From Piromyces finnis finn (taxonomy: Eukaryota > Fungi > Neocallimastigomycota): a DNA stretch of 64,000 nucleotides. The notes under the pieces are model-generated. The model was given only the letters and a program-made list of their open reading frames with translations. It was not told the DNA's origin and did not search any database. The stretch is from the NCBI GenBank assembly GCA_002104945.1, contig MCFH01000079.1:140154-204153 (forward strand), written 5' to 3'. The translations under genes and the position numbers were made by a program. How positions within the stretch are numbered: the stretch's first letter is position 1; the number at the start of each line of letters is the position of its first letter. Shown here piece after piece: positions 14,049 to 27,598 of this stretch.

Positions 14049-16253
14049 ATGGCAAACAAAAAAATAGTAGCCATATTTATTTCATTTATACTAGTAATAC
14101 TTTGTTCTAAAGTCAATGCAAAAAATAATTCAAGTATATTGGATAACTTTGAATATATACCAAAAAGGGGTTATCTAATGAATAATTTTGAAGATTTAAA
14201 ACTTGATTTTAAAGAGTCACTAGAAAAGCTTAATAACAATAAAACAAAAGATGAATTGGAAAAGACAAAACTCTTTAAAACAATAAATATAGCAACTCCT
14301 CAGCTATGGTTAGACCAGTGGAAATTGAATAAAAATAATGAACTTTTAAAAAAATATAAAAAAATAATGGCTATACCTGACCCAAATAATAATAACACTA
14401 TATATCAATTATTAATAATGAGTAGAAATGCCTATGTCCCACCAAATAGTGGTGATTGGGTAGATTTAGAAGAATATGGATGGAAAATTGTAAATAGCAA
14501 CTCTTTTATCCCACCATTAATATAGTATAATATATATATATATATAAACTGTTATCAACATCAAACAATTTTTATTTATTATTTATATAAAACAAATATT
14601 CATATAAATGTATATAATGTATATATATATTTACCTATAATTATACGATTAGCAATATCCATTTGGTTGGAATTCTGACCCAAATGAAAAAACTTCAAAT
14701 CGTGTCAGAGGTTATATCTTTAAAAATGAAGAAAAAAAAATAATAGTTATATCTATAAAAGGAACATCTGCTGGATTGTTTGGAATAGGAGGACCAACAG
14801 CTGAATATGATAGATTAAATGTAATTTCCATTTTTATAAAAAAAAAAAAAAAACATTTATAATTTTTACTCGCCATAATTCCATAATATTAATATGATAT
14901 AAATATATATACTTATTTTAAAAAAAAAAAAAGGATAACATGATGTTTTCATGTTGTTGTGCATATGTGGATGCAAGTTGGTCATGGTCAAAAGTATGTA
15001 ATTGTCATTCAGGTATTACAAATACCTGTGAAATGAGTTGTTTAAAAAAAGAGGCATTAAACTATGAAAATAGTTATTACAATCAACTTATGGTAAATTT
15101 TAAATATATATATTAATAATAAATGAAAATTATATATAGATTAAAAAAAAATAGATAAATATTAATGGTATGGTGTGTAATATACTACTACAATTTAATA
15201 ATAATAGGATATTTATTACAAGTCAGATAATATTCAACAATTACGTTTAGAAGGATATGAAGTCTTTTTTACTGGTCATTCCTTGGGAGGAGCTTTAGCC
15301 TCTCTCTCTGGTTTATCAATATTAGCACCTGTTGTTACTTTTGAAGCACCAGGTGAAGAACAATTTGCTAAAAGAATTGGTATTGTTGATAGAAATATAG
15401 CTAAAGAAAAGTATAAAGAATTACCAATTTTCCATTTTGGAAATAATGGTGATCCAATATATACAGGTAAATGTACCGGTATTACCAGTACATGTTACCA
15501 TTCTGGTTTTGCCATGGAAACAAAATGTCATGTTGGTAGAATGTATATGTTTGATCTTGACAAGAATCATGGTAAAGACCCTGCTGATGATAAACCTGAC
15601 GATGATAAGCATGATGATGACAAACCTGCTGATGACAAACCTGATAATGATAAGCATGATGATGACAAACATGATAATGACAAACCAGAAAATGATTATT
15701 CAAACAAAGACCCAAATAAAAATATAAAAGGTTTGTTTTTTTTTTATTTATTTATTTATTTATTCTTAATTCATTCATTATTCTATTAATCTAAAGTAGT
15801 TGACTTGATAATGCAATCAACAGTCTAATTTAACTTTTATAAAAATTTTAAAAAAAAAATTTTTCTTTTCATACAGGAAAAAATAATTATACCCCAATAT
15901 CATCATCCTCATTCTATCGTAAATCGAAAGAATCACCAATATTTTTAATTAATAAATCTAGTATTGATGAACATCAATTCCAACTCTTTTCAAAAAGATT
16001 ATATGAAAAAGAAGAAGAAAAAAATTTATTAACAAATAATGTAGAATCATCCTTAAAAACACCAACAAATCCAGGTAAATTAAATATGTTACATCATCGT
16101 GTTGATTATGTTATTAATTTACTTAAAAAATGGGAAGGACCATGGCCAGAAGAATCTATTCAAGATTCTTGTATTGATTGTGATAATTGGGAATTTCAAG
16201 AAGGTGAAGGGGATGAAGGACGTACAGATCCTATACCTCCAATGAATCATTAA
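14049..16253 (+). CDS. ATG15: Atg15-like lipase (alpha/beta hydrolase, lipase class 3); 5 exons (14049-14489, 14653-14820, 14934-15092, 15208-15730, 15877-16253)
   Basis: Hydrophobic N-terminus, MSRNAY, VRGYIF...IVISIKGTS, DRLNDNMMFSCCCAYV, the nucleophile motif FTGHSLGGALASL, VVTFEAPG, HFGNNGDPIYTGKC, METKCHVG, and C-terminal HHRVDYV...CIDCDNWEF. Confidence 0.88.
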
Positions 16254-16471
16254 AAAAAAAAGTTAAAATTTTAAAAAATTGGAAAAAAAAAAGTATTGTT
16301 GATATAAAATAATAATTTAATTTTATATATATATATATTATATTAAAAAAAATGTAAATAAGTAAAACTAAAATAAAAAAAAAAAATAATAAAAAATAAA
16401 ATTAAATATTTTTTTTTTAATATTCCTAATTCATATTATAATTTATATTTTAAAAAAAAAAAAAAAAGATG

Positions 16472-16473
<2 letters not shown>

Positions 16474-16514
<41 letters not shown>

Positions 16515-16545
16515 TAGAGTAGTAATAATAATAATAATAATAATG
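16474..16545. repeat. (AAT)n microsatellite
   Basis: Visible AAT trinucleotide run with one interruption. Confidence 0.9.
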
Positions 16546-19500
16546 GTAGAGAAATTAAGAAAGAAAAAAGAAAAAAGAAATAAAAAAGTTAAGGATAACT
16601 CAAGATGAATAATAATTATAATAATTTAAATAGAATATTTAATAAAGAATCGACACTATTAAAAAGTTACTTTTATATTATAATAACAATTAAATATCAA
16701 TGAATTATTTTATCTTTTTTTTTTTTACTTTTTTAAATAATTTTATAGATTTTTTCTTTTATATAAAGTAGAAATATTATTCTATGAAATATGAACTATA
16801 GACGAAATCTGTATATATATATATTGATTTAACAAAAGCATTATTTTAATACTTTTATTATTAAATTATATATGAAGAATTAATAAATAACTTTATAGAG
16901 TTTTTTTTTTTTATAACCTTTCTTTTATCTTTTACCATTTATTTTTATTTAATAAAAAAAAAAAACTTTACGATTCTATAAAGGGTTTAAGGTATTTTGT
17001 TTCAATAAAAAAATAACAACCTACAACACCATCCTTAACTTTTTAAATTTTTTCTTTTTTAAAATTTCTCCAAGTTCGTATTTAAACTTTTATAATTTAG
17101 TAATTCTTTATGCAAAAAAAATAAAATAAAAATAAATAAAAAAATGTCGTTAAAATAAAAACTAAAATTAACACAACCTATCAATAATTATAATTTTAAC
17201 ATGGATCACTCTAGATTTATTACAGTATGTTTATATACTAATAATTGTGTATATAAAACATTGATTATTATTTATCTTTTTAATAAATTACATATGCGTA
17301 TATGCGTAATTTCCTTGATATTTTATTTCATATTTTCTTTTTTTTTTTTAGTATTAAAAAAAGAATAAAATGAATTGATTATTTTTTTTTTTTAATTAAA
17401 CTATAAATAATAATTATAAAAGTAAATAATATTAAAATATTTCATAAATTAAAAAAAAATAATAATTTAACTTTATTTAAATTAATCTGACTTTGAAAAA
17501 TTAAAAATTAAATAAGAAAAAAAAAAAGGTATACCCAAAAGAAAAAATAAAAAGCTTATTTTTTTTTAATGCTTATTGTATACTTTAGTCAATGGTCTCG
17601 TCTTTTTTTAAGAAAAAAAAAAAGGGACAAATATATCTTTTTCATCTTTTTTTTTATTTATTTTTTCAGTAAAAAAAGTCATTGACCATCACATGTTTAA
17701 TTAACATTAATTTATGCTGAACTATTTTAATAAAACTTTTTTAATTAAAAAATTTATTAAGATGTTTTTAATTAAATTGTACATTTTAATTATATTGTTG
17801 CAATATATTACAATATAATATAATATATTTTAATTTTATTTATAATTTTTTTATATTCAGCAGAATTTTAATCATCAATCCAACCTTTTTAAAAAAGTAA
17901 AAAGAAAAGAAACATACCCATGAACAATGAACAATAAATAAATGATTTTTTTTTGTTATTTAAATAATTTTAAATAATTCTATTTATTTAACTTTTTATT
18001 ATATTATAATATATTATATTATATTAAAAATTTTTTATTTAAAATTGATGATGATTCATAAAGGTAACTTTTAAAAAAAAATTCATATTTTTGATATTCA
18101 TTCTTTCTAGGATATTGAAAGCTTTTTTTTTTCTCAATTCTAATTATTTATTTTTTATCTTGTTTATTACTCATTTCTTTCTTTTTTTTTTTTATTTGTA
18201 TAAAAGAGAAATAATGTAGATTTAAAAAAATACATATATATTGAAATGAATCCCTTTTTTTAATTTCATAAAGTTTTTTTTATTGTTATTATTAAAATTA
18301 GAATATTTATACTTTTTAATTGCTTGTATATTATAATATAATGAAAAAATACTTTATTAATCTTTTTTTTTAATTAAAATAGAATATATTAATGTGTTTT
18401 TTTTTTTTTTTTTTTTTTTAAAAATTGAAATAAAATAAAATAAAATAAAAAAATAAAGAAATTTAATTTAATAAAAAAAAAAAATTAAATATTTTAATAT
18501 ATAAAATATTAATAAATAAAAATTTTTTATATTAATTTTTTTTATATATAAAAAAATAATTTAATTATTCATTTGTAACATTCATTTATTTTTGGGATTT
18601 TTTTTTTATTTTATTTTAATTTTTTTTTTTTTTTAATTTCTTTTTTGTATTTCTTTTTATTTTGTAAAAAAAAAAAAAAACTCTAATACTTCAGTAGAAT
18701 TACAAGATAATATAAAAAGAAACTCTAAAATATTGTAATAAGAAAGGAAGAAAGTGTGGAGGTGAATACCAAATATTATTTATGGAATATCTAAAAATTA
18801 TTTTATAAAAATTTAGATTTTTTTTTTTTTTTTTAATAATATTATCGAACATGAACAATTCATAAAAGTCAACTTTACAAAAAAAAATACGTGTAGAAAA
18901 ATATATTTTTGGAAAAGTTAAAAAAAAAAAGGAAAGGAAAAAAGGAATATAATATTATAATAATATGATAAGGATAAATGGGGCATAGATATTTTTTTTT
19001 TTAAAAAAAAAAAAAAAGACACTTGGTATATCACTTTAATAAATGGATAACTAATTATATTTAATTCAAAAAAAAAAGTATATATATATAAAAAACGAAG
19101 AGGAATGAGAAAATAAAAAATAAAAATAATATATTTATTTATATGAATAGTGTTGGGATATATATGTATAAAAAAAAAAAAATCAGCTAATGAAATTTTC
19201 ATTTTATTTCTATCAACTATTTTATTAATTAATGATTAAAAATCTAACAGCGATGAAAAAAAAAAAAAAAAAAAGAATTGATTTCTATAATTGATAGATG
19301 GATAAGTAGATAGGATCATATAGTACACTAAATAAAATTATTATTTTCAAAAAAAGGTCACATATGTAATGATAAAGGACAGTGATCATTTTACAATTTT
19401 ACAATATTGCATTGAAATTGAAAAAAAAAAAAGTTTTACAATATTAAAATTAGATTTGGTAGAAAATTATATTAATTAACAAATAATTCAACTATTTTAT

Positions 19501-19750
19501 TTTATTTGTAATTTCTAGTTATTAATATTTTATTATTTTAAAATATATATTCATTTTAAAAATAATCTTTTTTTATGAAAAAAGTAATTGTGGACAACAT
19601 TAATAAATTCAATTGTTCAATAGATATATACCAATCTTTATAGCAAAAAAAAAAAAAACGTTCAATTTTGTTAAATATATATATATATTTTTTTTCTTTT
19701 AATTCAAAATATTTTATTTTGTGAATACCCTTAGAATATTATAAAGCAAA

Positions 19751-21926
19751 ATGTTAGCCAATGAAACTGTACAAGATAAATTAGGTGAACCATTATCACC
19801 TTCTAAAACTACTAAAAAGGAAATGATTCAAACTTCAAATAGTGGAAATAGAGAACTTCCATTACAAGAAGATCGTATGAGAGAATCTGATTATCATCCA
19901 TTATCTTATAATGACCATTATAATAATTATGAATATAGAGACCGTTACCGTTCCTACAGTGGTAGTCGTCGTCCATTATCTCCATATATGTCAAGACACA
20001 GTCGTAGTAGAGGCAGAGATAGATCCTACTCTCCAAGACGTCGTCACAGCTCACGTTCTTCCTACAGTAGAGATGATAGTAGAAGAAGAAGTAGAAGACG
20101 TTCATTCTCTCGTTCTCCAATGAGACGTAGAAGTCATAGCAGAGGTAGTTACTACAGACATCCATATCACCCATCTATGGATCGTGGAAGATACGATAGA
20201 GATTATAATCGTCCAAGAAAGGCAAGATACATTGAACGGTAAGATATACAATTAATTTTTTATTTTATTTTTACTTCAATCCTTTTTTATTTTTAGATAA
20301 TATATATAATTGTTGAGGAAGGAACAAGAGGAGATATATATATATTTTACGCAATCCATATAATAGTTACGTTGTGAGGTGATAAATTGGAAGAAAGGGA
20401 AAAAAAATGGGAAGGGATATAGATGGATGATATATTTTATTATTTTAATTTTTATAGAATAATAGAATAATATAGATAAAAATGAAGAATATAGGTTTAA
20501 AAAAAAAAAAGGAGGAATAAAATAATAAAATAGCTAGGTAGATAGTTTGAATTAAAATAGATAGAAATATATTTGGAATAAAAGTATATATAGAATATAT
20601 ATAGTTTATAGATTATTGGTGAGGATGAATGGAAGGCAGAATAAAAATGTATTGAAGCTATAAGTAAAAAATAGAGAGAAAAGATGATGAACTAGAATTT
20701 TTTTATGAAAAAAAAATTAAAAAAAAAAAAAATAACATCAATAGATGCATTGAAAAGGTTCATCAATAGAGATGTATTTTTATGAAACATGGATTAGAAT
20801 ATATAGAATAGAATTTTTAAAAATGAAAAAGATGCGAATTAAGAGGATAAAAAGATGTATTTGAGTTTTTTGGAGGTTGGAAAGTATTGGTGTTGATATT
20901 ATTAGATGATAAATTGATAAATGAAGGATGTTGAAGTAATGAAAAAAAAATATAGAGATAAATAGGTTACATAGAATGATGAATTTAATATTTATTAAAA
21001 AAAAAAAAAAACAGTAAGATGTCAACCTTTTTTTTTATTTAAACTTTTAATTTTTATTTTCATGAACAAAAAAAAAAAAAAAAAAAAAAAGCACTTTGTT
21101 TCTCCCCTTTAATAAATAATAGATAGTTAAAAAAAAAATTGATTGATTTATAGACATAATATTAATTATTTGTATTTTTCTTTTTTAATATCCCTATCTT
21201 AATAATATTTTTTAATATTTAAAATATATATATAGTGGTACTGAAGAAGATAGAAAAACAACTTGTAATATCTTTATTGGTAATTTACCCTACAGTTACA
21301 CTGAAAGAGATATTGCTGATATGTTTGAACAATATGGCCGTTTAAAGAGAAGTACGCTTTTATATATATATTGTTATTATTATTGTTATTATTATAATGG
21401 ATGAATATCAATAAAAATATTTATTTTTTTTTTTATTTTATATATTCCTAATTAATAGTTACTGTTCCACTTGATAATCGTACTCATAATAATAAAGGGT
21501 AAGTTATTTTATTTGAAGATGAAAAAAAAAAAAAAAACTTATTGAATTATAATGATTAATAATGTATGATGATGTTGTTGATGCTGAATCTCATAAATAT
21601 TCATTTTTTTTTCTTCAATTTAATAGTTTTGCCTTTGTAGAATTTGAAAATAGAAGAGATGCTGAAGATGCTTATGATAAATATAGAGGATGTGTAAGTA
21701 ATTTTTAAAATGAAATTTAAAATTTCTATTTTATCTATTTAACAAGTAGTAATAAATTTTTTTTTTTTTTTCAATTTTCAATATATATATATTTTTTTTT
21801 AACTTTTAGAATTTGGGTGGACGTGCTATTAGAATTGATTGGGATGTTGGTAAGGAAAAGAAATTTAATAACTCCGAAAGAAGAAATAGTTCAAGAAGCA
21901 GATCAAGGGAACCTTCCTACCGTTAA
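19751..21926 (+). CDS. SR-related RNA-binding protein with RS-RRM-RS (Tra2-like) layout; 5 exons (19751-20238, 21236-21351, 21459-21498, 21627-21693, 21810-21926)
   Basis: Exon 1 encodes an RS/RD-rich region. Spliced exons 2-5 give RNP2 IFIGNL, RNP1 KGFAFVEF and LGGRAIRIDW, followed by RRNSSRSRSREPSYR*. Confidence 0.85.
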
Positions 21927-24900
21927 GATGAAATTCAATCTTTTTTTTTTTGAATATATATATAGTAAAAAGTAATATTTAAAAAAAAAAAAAAATTCTA
22001 CCACATCCTTTTCCACAAATAATTAAAAAAAAAAGATGAAAAGAAATCTTGAAATGAGAAAGATACACCAAAGTTTTATAAATCAAAACTTTTTTTTTTT
22101 TAATGATAATAATTAAATGAAAATAAGGAAAATTGAAAATTCAATACTCACCTTTATAGTATTATTATCATAATCCATTATCAATTATATATCCTATTTA
22201 TCATCACCTTTTTTTTAAAAAAAAAAAAGAGTATTTTTCTTTAATTTCAATACTGATCTTTTCACCCTCAAATTCACACATATATATATCATTAATAACA
22301 ATAACAACAACAGCAACAGCAACAATAGCAACAACATTATATAAAAAAAATTATATTTAATAATAGTATATTTTATTTATTTTAGTTTTATAATAAATTT
22401 CTATTTCTTTTTTTATTTTATTATTATTATTTTCAATATTATTATTTATATTACTCTCTCTATATATTTTGTATATAATCATCAAGTTATACAACCCTCC
22501 TTTTTTTTTTCTTTCTCTCTCTTAATTTAAATGATATATATATTTTTATATATTTATATATATACCAATTTTTTTTTATATTATTTTTATTTTTTTATTT
22601 ATTTAATTTTTATCACTTTTAACTGAAAAAAAAAAAAAAAAAACTTTTTTTTAATTTATATAAATAAAAAATATAAATATATATTTTCTATATATATCTA
22701 TATAATAAATTCGATATACAAAAAAAAAATATATATATATATATATATAATAAAAAAAAAAAGGTATATTTTCTCTATGGGAATATAAATATATTTTACT
22801 TTTTAAAAGTTGGTGTATATAGGTGGATGACATCAAAAAGTGTCGAGGTTCATTAGTTTAAAAAAAAAAATGAAGAACTTCTCTTTTTTTATTCTTATTG
22901 GCAATGAATTAAAATCATAAAAAGGAAGAACCTATCCAACCTTTCTATGTTTTTTATGGAAAACTATTTTTTTTTTTTTTTTTTTTTGCTAATTTCTAAA
23001 GTTTAAAAAAAAAATTCCCAAAATTAAGCTATATCATTATCAATTCATAGAAAAAAAGTTTTTTATTCTTTACTGAATTTTCCATATATATGCATAACTA
23101 TCTAATTTTAAATAAGATTTTTATCTTCTTTCCATCTCAACTACTTAAACAACAACAATAATAATGATGATGATGATGAACTTATGAAATATTCCTTTTC
23201 ATTATTTTAATAAAAGTTTACACTTTAAAAATTTAATGGTATTTTTTAATTTTTTTTTTTTAAATTAATATCTAAAAATTAAATATATTTATTATATATT
23301 TTTTAAATATTTTTTTAATTAAAAAAAAATAAATAATTATAATTAGTAATTTAATATAAGCTGGAAAAAAATAAAATCAAACTTTTTTTAATTTTTTTAG
23401 GAAAAAAAATGTTTTAATAGCATAATAATAATTATATTAAAAAAAAAAAAGCAATTAAAATAAAAAAAAAATAAATATTATTTTTATTATTTTATTTTAA
23501 TATTAAATAGTTTAAAAAGAAACAATACTTAATTACATTATTATTTATTAAATCAAATTCCTAAATATTATTATTATTAAATATTTTATTTTTTTTAATA
23601 CAATACTAATTGATAATATTAAAAAAAATTTAAATCTTTTATTAGTGTTACATTTTAAATTTTATTAATCTTTTTTTTTTATATTAAATTATAAAAAAAA
23701 AAAAAAAGAAATAGATTTTTTTTGTTTGTTTTTCTCTATATTTTCCTTATTTTATTCCTTTTCTTTTTTTTTAATTATTTTAAAATGACAATTTTACAAA
23801 AAAAAAAAAAAAAAAAAATACTTAAAAATTTTATTTTTATTTTTACTCCTAAAAAAAATTCAAAAATGAATTTAATAAAAAAAAATTTTTTTTCTTTTTC
23901 TTTGTAAAAATTTGTTTGGTTCAATTTTTATATTAAATATTATTTTAACTATTTTTATTATTAGTATTATTATCAATTATTATTATTTAAATAAAAAATA
24001 ATAATTGAAGAATTGAATAATGAATAATAATAATAAAAGAATGTTGACCAGTTTTTTTTTTTTTTTTTAATTTTAAAATTACATTTTATTATTTAAAATC
24101 AAAGTATTTTAAATAATAAAAATAGTCAACCTTTCAAAGTATTTCATCCATATTCTATAAAGGTATCTTTTTTTTTTTAATCTTGATGTTCGTTTAATTA
24201 TTTGTAAATGAGCTAGATGATCTAAATGAAGAATAAAAAAAAAAATTCAAGAATACATTATAATTCATAACCTATAGAAAATAAAGAATTATGTTTTTTT
24301 TTTAACTGTTAAAAAATAAAAAGATGCATTCATAATAATAATACATTTCTTTTTTATTCTTTATGATTTTAATGTATACTTTTTTTTTTGTAAAACTTTT
24401 AAAAAAATTAAGGAAATATATAAAAAAAAATGATAAAAGTAAAAATTCTAAACTATCTAAATAAAATAAAATTAAACTTGTTCAAGGTAACCACCTTCAT
24501 TCCTTTAAAATTATTCTTGTTATAAAAAAACGGCTCATTCTTTTTAATAAATTATTAAATTTCAATATTAATTAAAATTTAAATTATTTTTAAATTTAAA
24601 ATGAAAGAAAAAAAAATTATATAAAAGTATGATGAATGGTTTAAAAAATGTTTAAAAAATGCACACTCACACAAATAACAATATAAGAATATGGTAAAAA
24701 AAGAAAACTATTATTATTATTTGTTCAACTTTTTATTAAAAAAAAAATATATATATCTATATATAAATAAAAAAAAAAAAGGTTCATTAATTTTAAAATT
24801 TTTAAAAATAGTGATACATTAAAGTTTTAATTATTTTTTTTTTTTACTATAGCATATACCATAAAAAATTTAAATAAAAAAAAAACTTTTAATTATCATG

Positions 24901-25087
24901 TCTTTTAATTAAAATAATAATAAAAAAAAAAGTTTTCTGTCTTTTATTTTAAATAAATAAATAGTTTATTACTTTTTATTATTCAATTTTTTTTTTTAAT
25001 GATTCATTTTTATTTACAAAAAATAAAAAAAAAATTAAATTAAAAGATTTTAATTTAACTGATAAATATCTTTTTTTTATTATTTAC

Positions 25088-25206
<119 letters not shown>

Positions 25207-27475
25207 TATGATCATTTTAAAATAAAATAAAATAAAAAAATGTTTGAATTTTAATAATTAAAAAAAAATGTTGACCTTTTTTATAGAGTCCAAGGGTTGA
25301 TGCTACAAAATGAACATTTCAATTTAAATTTAATTAAATTGGCTATTTATATTATGAAATTAAAGGAATGACAGCATCACCTATACATTACATTAGAAGT
25401 ATATTAATTGTCTTTTAAAAGTTTATTTCAATATTTTTTTAATGCAAATACAAATCATTAAATTAATAATTAGAACTTTATTAGTAAAGTGGAGTTCTTT
25501 TTTCTTCATTATCATGACATGTCTTTAGAGTAAAAAAAAAAAAAAGGAAAATTTAAAATTTTTTATTACCATATCAAGACTTTTTTTTTTTTTCCCTAAA
25601 GAAAAGTATAAAATAAATAAACTAAAAAAGGAATTAATTTTTAAAAGATATAAAATAAAAATTAATAAAATTACTAATTCATTTATACTTTTAAAATAGG
25701 TATAATAGAAATATATATGTATATATGTATATATTTATATATAAGCAATTTTTATTATTTCTATTCATTTTATTCGTTTATTCTAGTTGTTGTTGTTGCT
25801 GTTGTTGTTCTAGTTGTTGATTTATTATTGCTGGGTATCACCTCAATTTTACTTTGTCATTCTTTATGTTTTTTTATCATTATTTTTTGTATTAATTCTT
25901 AATTTCAGCCAAATGGGTTTTTAATTAAAATTTTAATTATTTTTTTATATACAATTTTACCAATATATTCTAGTATTCATTATTAATTAATTATTGCACT
26001 GTACAAAGTTTATTGTTGATTTTTTTTTTTAATGTGTTATGGCATAAGAAAAGTATTCAAAAATGATAATACTACCATTTAATTAATTAATAATAAATAA
26101 ATAATAGTAATTATCATTACTCTAATCCCAAGTATAAATACAAAATGGGAATGATTCATGAATTGAAAATTTATTAAATCAATATATTCTAACCCTTATG
26201 CAGTATTACCTAAAACTATATAAAAATTCATGCTTAATCGTCGTAGCAGACAGTAGTCACTAGTAATCCTAATAATCATAAGCATAATAATAGCATAGTA
26301 GTATTGCTATAATTTTTATTATACTTATTGTTTATTATAAATCAATCAATCTTTATCCAAAAACATACTTAACACTTTTAACTGTAAAAAAGGTTTCAAT
26401 GCTGTCTATATCTCAACAACAATAACAATAAAAAAATGGTTGATTTGCTTTCTACTTTGGTAAATGTAAATTTCTATTTTGTAAAAGCATTTTTTTTTCT
26501 TCTTTCTTTTCCATCCTTCTCTTTTCTTTCTTTTAAAAATTTGCTTTTTTTCGCAAAGTCAAACTTCATTATACTCTAATATATTTGCACCATAAATTAT
26601 ATCAATTTATTTAATTTATTTTCAATTCTATATCATATGATCTATTCTAATTTTTAACTTTTCACTTTTTTAATTATATTAATTTTTCTATACATTTAAA
26701 TTAATCTAATTTAATTTATATATTTATTCCATTCTATTATTAATATATGAATAATATATGGGATTTTTTTAGTTAAAAATTTCTCTTTCTGGTAGAGTCA
26801 CCACCTGCAGTAACAAAAGGGTAGTAACAACATAGCAACAACAGATGAAATAAAAGGGAATATTATAATATTATGATCGTATCATAATTTAAATTTTGCT
26901 AATAAAACTTTTAATTGTCAATTATTTTTATGCTCTAAAGTTTTGTTATTTTTTTTATTTTAGTGTATCATCAATTTTAAAGGATTAGATTACTTTTTCT
27001 TTTAAAAAAAGAATGTTAAAAAATTGAACCAACCAATTTTTTTTTAAAAAAAAATTTCTTTTTGTAACAGTAACAATACCAACACTTTTTTTGATTTTCT
27101 TTAAACAATACCAACATAATTAACACAATTTTAAAACATTTTTTTTCTTTATTTCATTTTCATTCCTCTTTTCATTTCATTTCTTTTTTATATTTCAATG
27201 TTTTTTCTTTTCTTTAGTTCTTTTATTGCCTTTTTTTTTTTTTTTTTTATTTAAATCAAGCTTTCTTTCGGCTTCATCCTTAAATCCTTTCTTTTGCTTT
27301 AATTTCAACCATTAAACTATTAATCTAACCCTTTCTAATTAAATATTAAATATATTCCATTATACTCTAATCTATAGAAAAATGTATGGTGGTACAAAAA
27401 GTTTTAATTAAATTAGGATGATACAGTTCATTACCAAATTTAGTAAAAATTAATGAATGGAGAGGAATTTATTAA

Positions 27476-27598
27476 AATAAATGAATGAATTAATAATAAA
27501 ATTAATAAATTTATAGTATAAATAAATGTAGAACTAACTAAATGAATGAATTAATAATAAAATTAATAAATTTATAGTATAAATAAATGTAGAACTAA
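27476..27598. repeat. Two-copy ~61-bp tandem duplication
   Basis: atgaatgaattaataataaaattaataaatttatagtataaataaatgtagaactaa starts at 27481 and again at 27542. Confidence 0.9.

Noticed and set aside
989-16253. Shp1, Cdc34 and Atg15 as a proteostasis/autophagy gene cluster
   Set aside because: SCS-alpha lies between them, and adjacency of three housekeeping genes is easily chance without synteny data.
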